DNA of 64,000 nt from Solirubrobacteraceae bacterium (GCA_036498325.1 DASYFR010000038.1:17679-81678); one strand, 5' to 3'. Numbered from the stretch's first letter, positions 46,128-56,951 are shown. Numbers and translations: made by a program. The notes: a model not told the origin generated them from the sequence alone.

Positions 46128-46676
46128 ATGCCGCGGCCCGAGCGTGAGGCCGTCATGCTCGAAGCGGCGGGAGAGGTGTTCGCCGCACAGGGGTTTCACG
46201 AGGCGTCGATGGACGCGATCGCGTCGCGCGCAGGGATCTCAAAGCCGATGCTGTACAACTACTTCGGCTCCAAGGATGGCCTTTACGCGGCTTACATCGC
46301 CCGCTCCGGCGCCGCATTGCTGTCGGTTCTTCGCGAGGCGAGCTCGCCCGGGGCGACCGCGCAGGAGCGCATGTACGACGGCCTCGTCGCGTTCCTGACC
46401 TACGTCGAGGGCCACCGTGCGGGCTGGTCTGTCCTCTACAGCGAGGCCGTCGGACGAGCCGGACCGGCTGTCGGCAGCGTCGTCGAGATTCGATCGCGCC
46501 TGGCGGCGATCGTGAGCCGCGTCCTCGCACTGGAGCTCGAGGACCCCGTCGCGCGCGATGCGCTTGCCCATGCCTTCGTCGGCGCCGGCGAGTCGCTGGC
46601 GAACTGGTGGCTCGACCATCCGGCCCAGAGCAAGCAGGAGACCGCGGCGCTCCTGACGCGCCTGATCCCTCGCTGA
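46128..46676 (+). CDS. TetR-family regulator (start 46071 or 46128)
   Basis: GFHEASMDAIA..AGISKPMLYNYFGSK HTH. Confidence 0.9.
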   Translation: MPRPEREAVMLEAAGEVFAAQGFHEASMDAIASRAGISKPMLYNYFGSKDGLYAAYIARSGAALLSVLREASSPGATAQERMYDGLVAFLTYVEGHRAGWSVLYSEAVGRAGPAVGSVVEIRSRLAAIVSRVLALELEDPVARDALAHAFVGAGESLANWWLDHPAQSKQETAALLTRLIPR

Positions 46677-46742
46677 CCGGTGCGCAGGCCAATTGCGCTT
46701 CGACCTCGATTTTCGGGGACGCCAACGGCAGTAGGGTCCGGT

Positions 46743-48227
46743 TCAAACGACCTCTCTGTGGCGCACCGCGCGGTGGGGCAGCTGAGCTGCCGGTACGGGA
46801 CGTGCCAGCAGAAAACCCTGAGCGGTGTCGCATCCGAGCAGGCTCAGGAGCTCGAGCTGCTCGCGGCGCTCGACACCCTCGGCGACGATGCTGAGGCCAA
46901 GAGCGTGACCCATGGTGATGATCGCTCCGATGATCGCGGGCGCCGTCCCGACCTCATCGAGGTCGCGTACGAACGATCGGTCGATCTTGAGCGTCGTCGC
47001 GGGCACGGCGCGCAGGTACGAAAGCGACGAGTAGCCGGTGCCGAAGTCATCGATTGCGATGCTTACGCCGAGGCCGCGGAGACGCGCCAGGTTGGACGCG
47101 ACGTGTTCCTTGCTCGAGAGCATGGTGGACTCAGTCAGCTCGATCGTCAGCCGCCTGGCCTCCAATCCGCTGCGCTCGATCGCCTCGGATACAAATCCGA
47201 CCACGTCCTCGTGGGCCAGCTCCTGGGCGCCGAGGTTGACCGACACCTGCCACGGCTCGGGCCACCCGGCGGCCTCGCTGCACGCCTCGGCTATCACCCA
47301 CCGGCCGATTGCCGAGATCAGCGCGCTGCGCTCGGCCACCGGAATGAACTGATCGGGCCCGACCAGCCCATGACCGGGGCGGTTCCAGCGGACGAGCGCC
47401 TCGTAGCCCTGCACGGCGCCGTCGCCGATCCGGAGAAGCGCCTGGTAGTGGAGTACGAGCTCGCCGCGCTCCACGGCCTGACGCACCGCACTCTCGAGTT
47501 CGGCGTGCTCCTGTGCCAGCTTCTGCATGGCCGGATCGAACAGCACGGTGCGCGCTCCGCCGTGGTCCCTGGCCCGATGCATGGCCAGCTCGGCCTGTCG
47601 CAGGAGGCTCTCGGCTGTGTCGCCCGCGCCGGTCATCAGCGATACGCCGACGCTGGCGGACACCAGGCTGTCGCGGCGGCCGGTGCGAAACGGCTCCTCG
47701 AGCGCCGCCACGATGCGCTCGCCCATGCGGCTCGCGTCGAGGGGATCGGGCGTCGAGCGCGAGACGACGGCGAACTCGTCTCCGCCCACCCGCGCGACGA
47801 TGTCCTCGCCGCGCACGAACGTCGAGATCCGTTCGCCGGCGCCGACCAGCAGCGCGTCGCCGGCGGCGTGGCCGACGCTGTCGTTGATCCGCTCGAAGCC
47901 GTCGACGTCAACCAGAAGCACGCTCACGCTGCCGCCGTGTCTGCGCGCCGACGCCAGCGCAATGCCCAGTTGCTCGAGTGCCCCCATCCGGTTCGGCAGA
48001 CCGGTCAGTGCGTCGCGGTGCGCCTGGGTTCTCAGCCGCTCGTCGTGCAGGGCGCGCATCTCGGCTGAGGAGATCTCGATCGACCGCTCCACCGTGTAGC
48101 GGTCGTCGTCGGCCCCTTGGTAGGTGGCCGAGACCGTCTCCAGCATTCGTTCCCAGCCACAGGCGTCGGGTGCGTGGTCGCGCTCGAGCTCAAGGCGGCG
48201 CAGCTGCCGTTGCAGCGTCCGGTGCAG
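46743..48227 (-). CDS. GGDEF-EAL protein; probable CTG start at 48227 (track start 48146)
   Basis: RDALTGLPNR, GGDEF, EAL, DDFGTGYSSL; the frame extends upstream as LHRTLQRQLRRL. Confidence 0.85.
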   Translation of the reverse strand: MHRTLQRQLRRLELERDHAPDACGWERMLETVSATYQGADDDRYTVERSIEISSAEMRALHDERLRTQAHRDALTGLPNRMGALEQLGIALASARRHGGSVSVLLVDVDGFERINDSVGHAAGDALLVGAGERISTFVRGEDIVARVGGDEFAVVSRSTPDPLDASRMGERIVAALEEPFRTGRRDSLVSASVGVSLMTGAGDTAESLLRQAELAMHRARDHGGARTVLFDPAMQKLAQEHAELESAVRQAVERGELVLHYQALLRIGDGAVQGYEALVRWNRPGHGLVGPDQFIPVAERSALISAIGRWVIAEACSEAAGWPEPWQVSVNLGAQELAHEDVVGFVSEAIERSGLEARRLTIELTESTMLSSKEHVASNLARLRGLGVSIAIDDFGTGYSSLSYLRAVPATTLKIDRSFVRDLDEVGTAPAIIGAIITMGHALGLSIVAEGVERREQLELLSLLGCDTAQGFLLARPVPAAQLPHRAVRHREVV

Positions 48228-48245
48228 TTCGCCGCCGGTGATCGG

Positions 48246-49400
48246 TCAGCCCTCGCCCGCCGGGCGCTCGCGAAATGTGGTCAGCGTCATCGTCTGGTTG
48301 TGAAGCGCGCATGCCCCACTGCCCGGTGAGATCTCTCCGTAGGAGTAGAACCCGGTCAGGCGAGCGCCGGGGCCCAATGCGCTCAGCACGACCTCGAGCT
48401 CCTCCTCGGTGCGAGCTCCGAGCACGAGGCGCCGGCCCACGCAGCTCACCGCGATCGCCAGCGTGGGCGTCGTGGTCCCTGAGCGCCCCGCAGTCGCCAA
48501 AGCGGCCTCGTGGGCGCCGTCGATCAGCCGGTCGAGGTTGGCCCGCATCAGCTGCGCGAGCGAGCCCTCCGGGACGTCGCCGGCGAACGTCATCGTCTGG
48601 GCCTCCTCGTCGATCGCCAAGATCGTGCGCACCACGCCGTCTCGGTCGTCGGCGCCTGGTGCCCGGACCGCCAGCGGGAACAGCAGGGCGGTGGCGGGAA
48701 GTCCTTCGGCACGCTCGCCCAGATAGGTCTTGTACAACGTGAGGGCAGGCGCGCCGTCGAGCTCGAACAGCACGTTTCCCTGCGCGCGTGTGACGCGGCG
48801 CTCGGGCCCGAAGATGTCCCAACCGCCGCGCGAGCCGTGTCCCACCTCCAGGTGCGGCCCCGACAGCCCAACGGCCGTGACCCAGCCTTCGCGCAGCTCG
48901 CCGTCGACGAGCACCCAGGTTGACCCGAAGCGATCACCGTCGCCTGCGAGGCCGCCGGTGATCGCTACGCCCGGGCCCACCTCAGCCGCGAGTCCTTCGG
49001 TCATCTCCGAGCCGTTGACCTGCAACCCGTCGGAGAGCACGAATGCGGCGCGCAGCTCTCCGTCGAGCTCACGCAACCTACGGCCCACCTCCTCGCCGCA
49101 GGCGCGGGAAGCGTCGGCGGCGCCGACCGCCGCGGCCGCTGAGGTCAGCGTCGTGTCCCTGAACCGAGCGATGGAGACCGTCACGGTGTCGTCGTGAACC
49201 TGTTCGCCCTGGATCTCGCCGGCCGTCGAGCAGCCGGCGAGGACCGACGTCGGATAGGCAGCAACCACGTCTGCGACTCCCGGTGCCGCGAGGGCCGCGG
49301 AGCCCCCAAAGACGAGAACGAGCGTCCGGGGACCATCGACGTCCGGCAGCGGCTCGGACCAGCCCGATCCAGCCGACCATTGAGCCGCGAACAGCTCCAT
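48246..49400 (-). CDS. FIST-domain signal transduction protein
   Basis: GCSTAGEI, SDGLQVNG, GGLAGDG, SCVGRRLVLG, GFYSYGEI, LHNQTMT. Confidence 0.9.
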   Translation of the reverse strand: MELFAAQWSAGSGWSEPLPDVDGPRTLVLVFGGSAALAAPGVADVVAAYPTSVLAGCSTAGEIQGEQVHDDTVTVSIARFRDTTLTSAAAAVGAADASRACGEEVGRRLRELDGELRAAFVLSDGLQVNGSEMTEGLAAEVGPGVAITGGLAGDGDRFGSTWVLVDGELREGWVTAVGLSGPHLEVGHGSRGGWDIFGPERRVTRAQGNVLFELDGAPALTLYKTYLGERAEGLPATALLFPLAVRAPGADDRDGVVRTILAIDEEAQTMTFAGDVPEGSLAQLMRANLDRLIDGAHEAALATAGRSGTTTPTLAIAVSCVGRRLVLGARTEEELEVVLSALGPGARLTGFYSYGEISPGSGACALHNQTMTLTTFRERPAGEG

Positions 49401-49446
49401 GCCAACGTTATCGTCAGTGCGTCCGATGGTCATTAGCAGTGCACGA

Positions 49447-50970
49447 TCAGCCGAGCGCCGGCTGCGTGGCGAGGGCTCGAGCTCCACGGAGCGCCTTCGC
49501 ATCGTAGAGGCGGCCGTCGGCCTCGGCGACAAGTGCGTCTGCCTCCAGGACCCCATCCCATTCGGCGATCCCGACCGAAAAGCCTCGATCCGACGGAGTG
49601 GCATCGACGAGCCGGTCGACAAGCCGTTGCGCGTCCTCCGCACGACACCCTGTGAGCGCGAGCGCAAACTCGTCCCCTCCGTAGCGAGCGAGCAGATCGA
49701 CGGGCCGCAGGGCTGAGCTCCACGCCGCGGCGTTCTGCTTGAGCAGCTGATCGCCCGCGTGGTGTCCGTAGGTGTCGTTGATCCGCTTCAGACCATCGAC
49801 GTCCAACATCGCGACGCAAAGCGGCCACCCCTCTCGCCTGGCGCGCGTCATCTCGCACGCGAGACGCTCTTGCCATGCGCGACGATTCGGCAGGCCGGTC
49901 AGCTCGTCCGTGCGAGCGATCTGTTCGAGGCGCGCGAGCAGCTCAGCGCGTTCGATCGCGACCGCCGCCTGGCTTGAGAGCAGCACGATCGTCGATCGCA
50001 CGTTCTGCTCGGGCGCCCTCACGGATGAGCGCCAATAGAGCGCCAGAACCGCAACAGGCTCACTGTCTCGCACGACGGGCTGCCAAAAGGCCGAGCAGAT
50101 CCCCTCGGCGCCGTCGAGGTCACGCGTCGGGTCGCTCCGTGCGGTGCGCCCGGCGAAGTGGGATTGCTTGGTGATGAACGCGTGCACCGCTCCAGCGGGC
50201 GCCCGTGGCAGGTCACCGAGCGCAGGCTCCGGCGCGCCGGGCGGCTTGCCTGCGCTCGCCGTCTGGACCAGGACCAAGCCATCACCACGCTGCTCGTAGA
50301 GCACCGCGCTATCGGCGCGAGCGACCCGGAGCGCGGTCTCACACAGGTCCACGCGCGTTGTCTGAGCCGAGCGCTGCTGGTAGATGCGCTCTGTTGCGCT
50401 CACGACGGCGGCCAGATGCTCGGCGCTCTCGGCAGCCTGCTCGCGTTGGCGGCGGACCCGCCGCACGAGCGCGTCAAGGAACACCCCCGCGATCAGCAGC
50501 GATGCGATCGTCGTCACCCACCGACCCGCGGCGAGCGGGTCGCCCCTGGCATGCAGGACGAGCGCGTAAGCGACGCCCACGACGGCCACGTGAACGGTGG
50601 CCAGCCTGTGCCCGAAGAACGAGAAGCCAAAAAGTGCCGCCCACAGGTACCAGATCCCGTAGTAGCTGACCCCGTGCCCGCTGTAGTACACGGCGCGCGT
50701 GACCAACAGCGTGCCGGCCAGCAGCGGGATGTGAAACGCCCACGGCGGCATCCTGCGAAAGCCGAGCAGCACGGTCACGCCGCCGAGATAGGCCAGCGCG
50801 ATGTTGCTCGCCAGCGCCTCCACGTTGGTGCCCGGCGCTCTGGGCAGAACAAGCGAGACCGTTCCGATCGTCGCCCCGGCGATGTACAGCCACCCGAGAC
50901 TGCGCGCCATGACCGCCGACTCGGAGACCGGACCAGAGGGAGCATCGCTCGCGCGGGTGGCCGCAGCCAT
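49447..50970 (-). CDS. Membrane GAF-GGDEF diguanylate cyclase
   Basis: N-terminal TM helices, GAF-like middle, TDELTGLPNRR and RYGGDEF. Confidence 0.88.
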   Translation of the reverse strand: MAAATRASDAPSGPVSESAVMARSLGWLYIAGATIGTVSLVLPRAPGTNVEALASNIALAYLGGVTVLLGFRRMPPWAFHIPLLAGTLLVTRAVYYSGHGVSYYGIWYLWAALFGFSFFGHRLATVHVAVVGVAYALVLHARGDPLAAGRWVTTIASLLIAGVFLDALVRRVRRQREQAAESAEHLAAVVSATERIYQQRSAQTTRVDLCETALRVARADSAVLYEQRGDGLVLVQTASAGKPPGAPEPALGDLPRAPAGAVHAFITKQSHFAGRTARSDPTRDLDGAEGICSAFWQPVVRDSEPVAVLALYWRSSVRAPEQNVRSTIVLLSSQAAVAIERAELLARLEQIARTDELTGLPNRRAWQERLACEMTRARREGWPLCVAMLDVDGLKRINDTYGHHAGDQLLKQNAAAWSSALRPVDLLARYGGDEFALALTGCRAEDAQRLVDRLVDATPSDRGFSVGIAEWDGVLEADALVAEADGRLYDAKALRGARALATQPALG

Positions 50971-51073
50971 CGACATCCCATCTGATCGGCGCCGCCGCCC
51001 TGTTTCGTGAGTAAACGCGCGGCAACCTCAGCCAATCTCGACAGAGCGACGCCGAGGCCCTGGCTGACAGGGT

Positions 51074-51964
51074 CTAGTCGGACCTCTGCAGGCGCGCGAG
51101 CGCCGACTCCGGTGAGCCGTGTACCTCGACGCACACGATGCGCCCGTCGCGGACGTCGTTCACGACCCCGTAGCGCCACTCGACCGGCGGCCCGGTCGGG
51201 GTCAGGCCGCGTTGTGTGAGCACCGTTGCGGCGCGGCGGCCGGCAACCTCGATGCGTTGGATCTCGAAGGCGACCTCGGCAAACGTGCCAAACCAGTCGG
51301 CGAACAGGTCGTGCATCCCGGCGTGCCCACGGTAGGTGTCGCTTCCCAGCCAGCCGGCGACGCGCATGCTCCACTCGACGTCCGGCGCGTAGAACTCTGC
51401 GAAGACCGGCTCGAAGCGGCCCGCGTCCAGGTCGCTTGACTCGACGGGTCGTTCAGTGAAACGCGACCACGCCCCTTCCACCACGGCGCGAGTGTCCGAC
51501 TCAGCTGCGTCGGCGTCCGGAGCAGCGCCGCCGTCGAGGCGCGCATGCGCTCGGTCGTTGTAGAGAACGAGCCCTTCCCCTGGGCCAAGCGAGCAGAAGT
51601 ACGTGACCCTGCCATCTCGAAAGATCCAGCGGTAGACCAGGGGTTCGTCGATCTCGATGCCGGTGTGTTGTGCCTTCGCTCGCCATCGATGGAAGGAGAG
51701 GAGGTGATCGCCCGCGTCGACGATCTCCTCCAACTCGACCGACATCCACTCGAACGACTCGGTCCAGCGCTCCGCGGCTCGGACCACGCCCTCGTGACCG
51801 TGATAGGTCTCGCCAAGGTGGTCGGGCAGGTTCATGTCCTCGTAGGCGACGTCGGAATCAAAAAGAGACAGATCCATCTCCCCCCGTTGCCACGCCCCCG
51901 GCCCCCATCCCCGCGTCCAGGACTCCAGGTGCGCCAGAAGCTTCTCGACGTTCTCCCGCGACAT
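51074..51964 (-). CDS. Tandem SnoaL/NTF2-like domain protein
   Basis: MSRENVE start; two repeats of the YxGHxG...RDGR pattern; GGAGG RBS. Confidence 0.78.
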   Translation of the reverse strand: MSRENVEKLLAHLESWTRGWGPGAWQRGEMDLSLFDSDVAYEDMNLPDHLGETYHGHEGVVRAAERWTESFEWMSVELEEIVDAGDHLLSFHRWRAKAQHTGIEIDEPLVYRWIFRDGRVTYFCSLGPGEGLVLYNDRAHARLDGGAAPDADAAESDTRAVVEGAWSRFTERPVESSDLDAGRFEPVFAEFYAPDVEWSMRVAGWLGSDTYRGHAGMHDLFADWFGTFAEVAFEIQRIEVAGRRAATVLTQRGLTPTGPPVEWRYGVVNDVRDGRIVCVEVHGSPESALARLQRSD

Positions 51965-52095
51965 CCTCCGTGCAGTATCGCCTGAGCGGTCTGGGACGCG
52001 CAGGATTTCGCGCGACTGTACTCACGCCGACCCCCACGCCGCCGTTGATCTGGACCGTGAAGAGAGATGAAGCGGCCGAGGAGGTTGGGCGACGG

Positions 52096-52551
52096 CTACG
52101 GGGCCGACGGCGAGCTGACGCGGCTCTTGCCGTGGGCCGCCTGCTCGATCGCAGCAAGCTCTCGACGGACGATGTCGAGGTCGACGAGGATCCGATCCTC
52201 GACAATCTTTCCCCAGCGCAAGCGGAGGAACTGGAAGCCGTAGTTCTCGAATTCGTGACCGCTGATCAAATGGGCGCGGTCGCTGATCCGAACGATTACG
52301 CGTATGTTCCAAGGTGGCCCGCTGACGACGACGTCCTGGGCGGTGAGCTCGAGCCGGCCGAGCTCCTCGGCGACCTGTCTGAACCACTCGCGTACCCCGT
52401 CGCGTCCCCGGCGCTCACCACCGAGGCGGGTGTCCCCATGGAATTCGAACACGACATCGCGAGCAAACGCCTTCGTCAGCGCATCGATATCCCCCGCGTT
52501 GGCCTGCTGGTAGGCGCGCCTCACGATGCGCCCGACGAGCCAAGAAAGCAT
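52096..52551 (-). CDS. SnoaL/NTF2-like protein
   Basis: GDIDAL..F..DVVFEF.G...GRDGVREWF...RWGKIVED. Confidence 0.75.
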   Translation of the reverse strand: MLSWLVGRIVRRAYQQANAGDIDALTKAFARDVVFEFHGDTRLGGERRGRDGVREWFRQVAEELGRLELTAQDVVVSGPPWNIRVIVRISDRAHLISGHEFENYGFQFLRLRWGKIVEDRILVDLDIVRRELAAIEQAAHGKSRVSSPSAP

Positions 52552-52606
52552 CAGTCCACGCTCCGATCTCCGATCTGATCCGGATGTGTTGCCATGATAG
52601 GTCAGG

Positions 52607-53170
52607 ATGACTGGTTCTGCAACAGGTCGTGCGACGCCGCTGTCGTCGTCGGCACATGTAGCGCTCGGCATGATCCGGCTCGGCCGCCGTTCGGGCTACG
52701 AGATCAAGCAGACCGTCGAGCTTTCGATCCGCTTCTTCTGGACGGTCTCCCAGGCGCAGATCTATCCCGCGCTCGAGCAGCTCGAGCGCCGCCGGCTGAT
52801 CGATGGCCGCGACGATCCGCAGGGCCGCCGGCCCAGGCGGATCTACGGGCTCAAGCCCTCGGGCGAGGCCGCGCTCGCCGCGTGGCTCGTCAACGACGAT
52901 CCGCTGGGCTTCGAGCTGCGCGACGTCGGCTTGCTCAAGCTGTTCTTCGCCGACCTCCTCGAGCGGAGCGCCGCGCTTGATCTCCTCGCCAGGATCGAGC
53001 GGCGTAGCCTCGATCGCCTCGCCCAGCTCGACGCAATCGCACCTTCCGCGGCATCGATGCGCGACGACGAGGGCCATCGTTTTCCGCTGATCACCCTCCG
53101 GCTTGGGGTCGCCTTCCACCGCGCGCTGGCTGATGAATGCGCAGTGATCCGGCGCGAGCTCAGCGACTGA
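52607..53170 (+). CDS. PadR-family regulator
   Basis: SGYEIKQ, FFW..SQAQIYPALEQL, LLKLFF. Confidence 0.88.
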   Translation: MTGSATGRATPLSSSAHVALGMIRLGRRSGYEIKQTVELSIRFFWTVSQAQIYPALEQLERRRLIDGRDDPQGRRPRRIYGLKPSGEAALAAWLVNDDPLGFELRDVGLLKLFFADLLERSAALDLLARIERRSLDRLAQLDAIAPSAASMRDDEGHRFPLITLRLGVAFHRALADECAVIRRELSD

Positions 53171-53247
53171 GACACCCAGCTCGCCGGTACGCCACGCTCG
53201 GACAAGCCGAGGCGCCCATCGTTCGCACGACCAAGCGAGCGTGCTGC

Positions 53248-54846
53248 TCAGCGCGTACCGGTCGCGTAGCCGAGCAGAGACGTGTCGACCAGCCATTCGA
53301 CGGGTGCGCGATCGTCCGTGTAGACGGGACCGCCGCGCATGGCGGACGCAAGACGCGCAGCGGAGGCTTCGGCGAGTCCGCGCAGGTCAGGCGGCAGCGA
53401 CGCCGCCGAGCTTCGCAGAGCCTGCGAGGAGATCACCGCGCCGCTCGCGATCACCAGCGTGTTGGTTCGCTGGGAGGGGTCGCGTAGGACGTGCGGGAAG
53501 GCGGTGGCGAGCGTTGCGCTGAGCGCTCGCTCGAGCGAGTCTGAGCCTTCCGGATGTCCGACGTTGATGACCAACACCCCTCGCGCGGTGAGGTGGGCGC
53601 GAACGAGCGCGAAGAACTCGCGCGTGGTGAGGTAGAAGGGAATATACGGTTGCCGGTAGGCGTCGAGGAAGATCGCGTCGTAGCGTCGCGAGGTGGCTGC
53701 GAGCCACGGTCGCGCGTCGGCGGTGATGAAGTGCAACGTCGGCAGCGATGGCAGGCCGAAGAAGCGGTGTCCGATCGCGGTCAGTTGCCCATCCAGCTCC
53801 ACAGCGTCGATCGTGGTGCGGGGGAAGTAGTGACTGTAGGCGCGCGCCGTGGTGCCGGCCGCGTCACCGAGGATCGCGACGCGTGAGGGCGGAGAGGAGA
53901 GCCCCGCGAACGGAAGTACGAGGAACTGATCCCAGTAGTTGTTCGTGAGATAGCTATACGGCACATACAGTGAGTGCACTGCGACGCCTTCGTTCAGCTG
54001 CAGCAAGCGTTCACCGTCGCGCCGTTCCACGACGCGCGCGTACTGGTATTGCGTTTCTGTTTCGTAGATCACCTTCCCTTCACCGGTGACGTCGGCGTTG
54101 ACGGCCCCCGGCGGAAGTACGAGCAAGACGAGCAGGGCGAGCGGCGCCAACGTCCAGCGCCGGGGCAGCCCCGGCGCGGCGACGATCGCCAGTGCCAGGG
54201 CAAAGGCCAGGAACGTCCTGTGTGTGCCGGCGAATGGGATCAGCACGAGCGCGGCCAGAAATGTGCCTGCCAGCGAGCCGCATGTCGAGATGGCGTACAG
54301 GTGGCCAGACACCTTCCCGGAGTCGTCGGGGCGTCCAATCGACAGGCGGATTGCGAACGGCGCGACCATCCCGAGGAGGACGATCGGTACCGCCACGAGC
54401 GCAAGGACTGCGACGAGCGAGCCGAAGAAGCCGCCGACCGACAGCGAACCGAGCGCCCCGGCGGCGAGCCGCAACAGGGGGGCACTCACGAACGGAATGG
54501 CCGCGAGCATGAGCGCTGCCGCAAGCACCAGCTGACACAGCCGTGACATCCGTGGCGAGCGATCGGCGATGCGCCCGCCAAGGGCGTATCCCGCCGAGAG
54601 CGCGACGAGGACGATCGCGATCGTGTTCGCCCAGATGATCGTCGAGGCGCCGAAGTAGGGCGCCAGCAAGCGTGCCGCGGCGATCTCAGTGCCCAAGCTC
54701 GCGGCCCCCACGACGAACACCAGCGCCTTCAGGGCGCGGCTCGACACGAGGTCGTCCGGCGCAGCGATCGTGTCGAGCATCGGCTGGATGAGGCGGCGCT
54801 CCGATCTGGGCGCGAGGGCGTGATCCTCCCGGACCGGGCTCGCCAT
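53248..54846 (-). CDS. Fused membrane domain/spermidine synthase-like protein
   Basis: Multi-TM N-terminus (GAASLGTEI, YAISTCGS) plus VELDG, DARPWL and IFLDAY SAM-type domain. Confidence 0.82.
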   Translation of the reverse strand: MASPVREDHALAPRSERRLIQPMLDTIAAPDDLVSSRALKALVFVVGAASLGTEIAAARLLAPYFGASTIIWANTIAIVLVALSAGYALGGRIADRSPRMSRLCQLVLAAALMLAAIPFVSAPLLRLAAGALGSLSVGGFFGSLVAVLALVAVPIVLLGMVAPFAIRLSIGRPDDSGKVSGHLYAISTCGSLAGTFLAALVLIPFAGTHRTFLAFALALAIVAAPGLPRRWTLAPLALLVLLVLPPGAVNADVTGEGKVIYETETQYQYARVVERRDGERLLQLNEGVAVHSLYVPYSYLTNNYWDQFLVLPFAGLSSPPSRVAILGDAAGTTARAYSHYFPRTTIDAVELDGQLTAIGHRFFGLPSLPTLHFITADARPWLAATSRRYDAIFLDAYRQPYIPFYLTTREFFALVRAHLTARGVLVINVGHPEGSDSLERALSATLATAFPHVLRDPSQRTNTLVIASGAVISSQALRSSAASLPPDLRGLAEASAARLASAMRGGPVYTDDRAPVEWLVDTSLLGYATGTR

Positions 54847-54994
54847 GGTCGGCTTCGCTTGCCTACGATCGGCCATATAGCTCGAGCCTCACGCTCAGGA
54901 GGGCTCGACGCTCGTCGGCAGCGTGATCGTCATGGTCGCACCCTCCCCGCGGACAGTACCCCGATGAGCGCCCAGAAGCAGAAGCTCGGCCACC

Positions 54995-55672
54995 TCAATC
55001 AGCGGTGCGAGGTGTGATCAGCCCTGTCTCGTAGGCAAAGACGACGATCTGCACGCGGTCGCGCAGCTCGAGCTTTGCGAGGATCCGGCCGACGTGGGAC
55101 TTGACGGTGGCCTCGGAGAGCACGAGACGCTCGGCGATCTCGGCGTTCGAGAGGCTGCGCGCGACCTGCATCATCACCTCGTGCTCACGGGCGGTCAGCA
55201 GCGCCAGGCGCTCGCGCTGGCTTTGGTCGGGGCTCTCGGGGGCGGGGAGGCGGTGGGCGTAGGTGGACAGCAGCCTGCGGGTGACACTCGGTGCGACCAC
55301 GGCGTCGCCGCTGGCGACCGCGCGGATGCCTGACAGCAGGTCGGAGGGCTGGGTGTCCTTCAGCAGGAAGCCACTCGCGCCGGCCCTGAGCGCCGCGTAG
55401 ACGTATTCGTCGATGTCGAACGTCGTGAGAATGATGATCCGCGCATGGCTGTTTGACTCGACGATCAGCTTTGTCGCCTGCACGCCGTCCATCTCCGGCA
55501 TGCGCACGTCCATCAGCACGACGTCGGGGCTGAGCTTGCGGGCCGCGTCGACGGCCTCGCGGCCGTTCGCCGCCTCGCCGACGATCGAGACGTCGGGCTG
55601 GGTGTCGATCACCATCCGAAACGCCATGCGCATCAGCTCCTGGTCGTCGGCCAGGAGCACGGAGGTCGTCAT
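54995..55672 (-). CDS. NarL-family response regulator
   Basis: LLADDQ, DVVLMDVRMP, GFLLKD, LTAREHEV...TVKSHV. Confidence 0.95.
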   Translation of the reverse strand: MTTSVLLADDQELMRMAFRMVIDTQPDVSIVGEAANGREAVDAARKLSPDVVLMDVRMPEMDGVQATKLIVESNSHARIIILTTFDIDEYVYAALRAGASGFLLKDTQPSDLLSGIRAVASGDAVVAPSVTRRLLSTYAHRLPAPESPDQSQRERLALLTAREHEVMMQVARSLSNAEIAERLVLSEATVKSHVGRILAKLELRDRVQIVVFAYETGLITPRTAD

Positions 55673-56889
55673 CGCGCGGCGGTCTCGGCTTCGGGCGCGA
55701 GGCGCAGGTGCACGCGCCAACCTCCCTCGGGGCTGGGGCCGGCGTCGATGACGCCTCCGTAAGCGGCGGCGCGCTCGCGCATTCCCCGCAGTCCGCGTCC
55801 GCCGGATGGTGGCGTGGATCGCGCGTTGGCGACGTCGGTGACGGTGCTGCCGGTGTCGGTGACCTCCAGATCGAGCTCGCCGGGACGGCAGCGCAGCGCC
55901 AGGTGCGCGCGGGTGGGACGCACGGCGTGCTTGAGCGTGTTCGTCAGAGCCTCTTGGGCTACACGGAAGACGGTCAGCTGGACGCCGTCGGGTAGTCCGT
56001 GCGGGTCGCCGTCGAGCTCGATCGTCACCGGGATACCCGCGGCGTGGACCTGGGCGACGAGCTCGTCGAGTCGATCGAGGCTCGGCTGGGGCTCGAACGG
56101 GTGTGTTGAGGTGTCCTCGTGCAGAACGCCGAGCAGCCGGCGCATCTCTTCGAGCGCGTGACGGCCTGTCGCGGACACGCGCCGGGTCGCTTGGATCGCG
56201 CGCTCGGGCGAGGAGTCCATCGCGTACGTGGCGCCGTCGGCGAGGGCGATGATCACGCTCAGGTTGTGGGCCACGATGTCGTGCATCTCCCGCGCGATCC
56301 GTGCACGCTCGGCGGCGGCGCCGAGGCGACCCTCCTGATCGCGCTCGAATTCAAGTCGCGCGGCCCTCTCGTGCAGCGAGTGCAGCAGCGCTCGTCGCTG
56401 ACGGACGGTGACGCCGAGCACGCCGGCGGCGACCGTCAGTCCCGACAGACCGACCCAAACCTTCAGCGAATCGGCGCTGGACCAGCGCACCGCGGCCATC
56501 ACCGCTCCCGCCTGCACCGTGGCGCCCGCGAGCACGGCCGCGGTCGCATCGCACTCCAGCGCAACCCAGTACAGGGCGATCAGGACGGCGGCGTCGGCCA
56601 GCAGCGGTCCGGCGAGCAGCCATTGCAGCAGGGCGACGAACGCGATCACCCCAAAGCACAGATACGCGCTGCGCCAGCGCAGCAGCAGCGGGACGTACAG
56701 TGCGACGCTGAAGATGACGGCATGCGGGGGGAGGTGGTGGCGGGCGAACAGGCTCGTGATGCTCAAGGCCGCCGCGACGAGGCAGATCGCGAGATCGATC
56801 GCAAGCGGATGAGCGGCACGCAGCCGGGTCAAGCGCCGGGCGCGCGTGGTCGGCGACGTCGAGGCGCGCGCTGGCACTGGATCAGTCAT
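55669..56889 (-). CDS. HisKA_3 sensor histidine kinase
   Basis: ERARIAREMHDIVAH, QEALTNTLKHA, GRGLRGMRER. Confidence 0.93.
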   Translation of the reverse strand: MTDPVPARASTSPTTRARRLTRLRAAHPLAIDLAICLVAAALSITSLFARHHLPPHAVIFSVALYVPLLLRWRSAYLCFGVIAFVALLQWLLAGPLLADAAVLIALYWVALECDATAAVLAGATVQAGAVMAAVRWSSADSLKVWVGLSGLTVAAGVLGVTVRQRRALLHSLHERAARLEFERDQEGRLGAAAERARIAREMHDIVAHNLSVIIALADGATYAMDSSPERAIQATRRVSATGRHALEEMRRLLGVLHEDTSTHPFEPQPSLDRLDELVAQVHAAGIPVTIELDGDPHGLPDGVQLTVFRVAQEALTNTLKHAVRPTRAHLALRCRPGELDLEVTDTGSTVTDVANARSTPPSGGRGLRGMRERAAAYGGVIDAGPSPEGGWRVHLRLAPEAETAAR

Positions 56890-56951
56890 ACGCCCATGTT
56901 GGCGGAAGGTTGGTCATTTCCCGCCGCGTCGTGCATTGCTTGGGACCGCCG

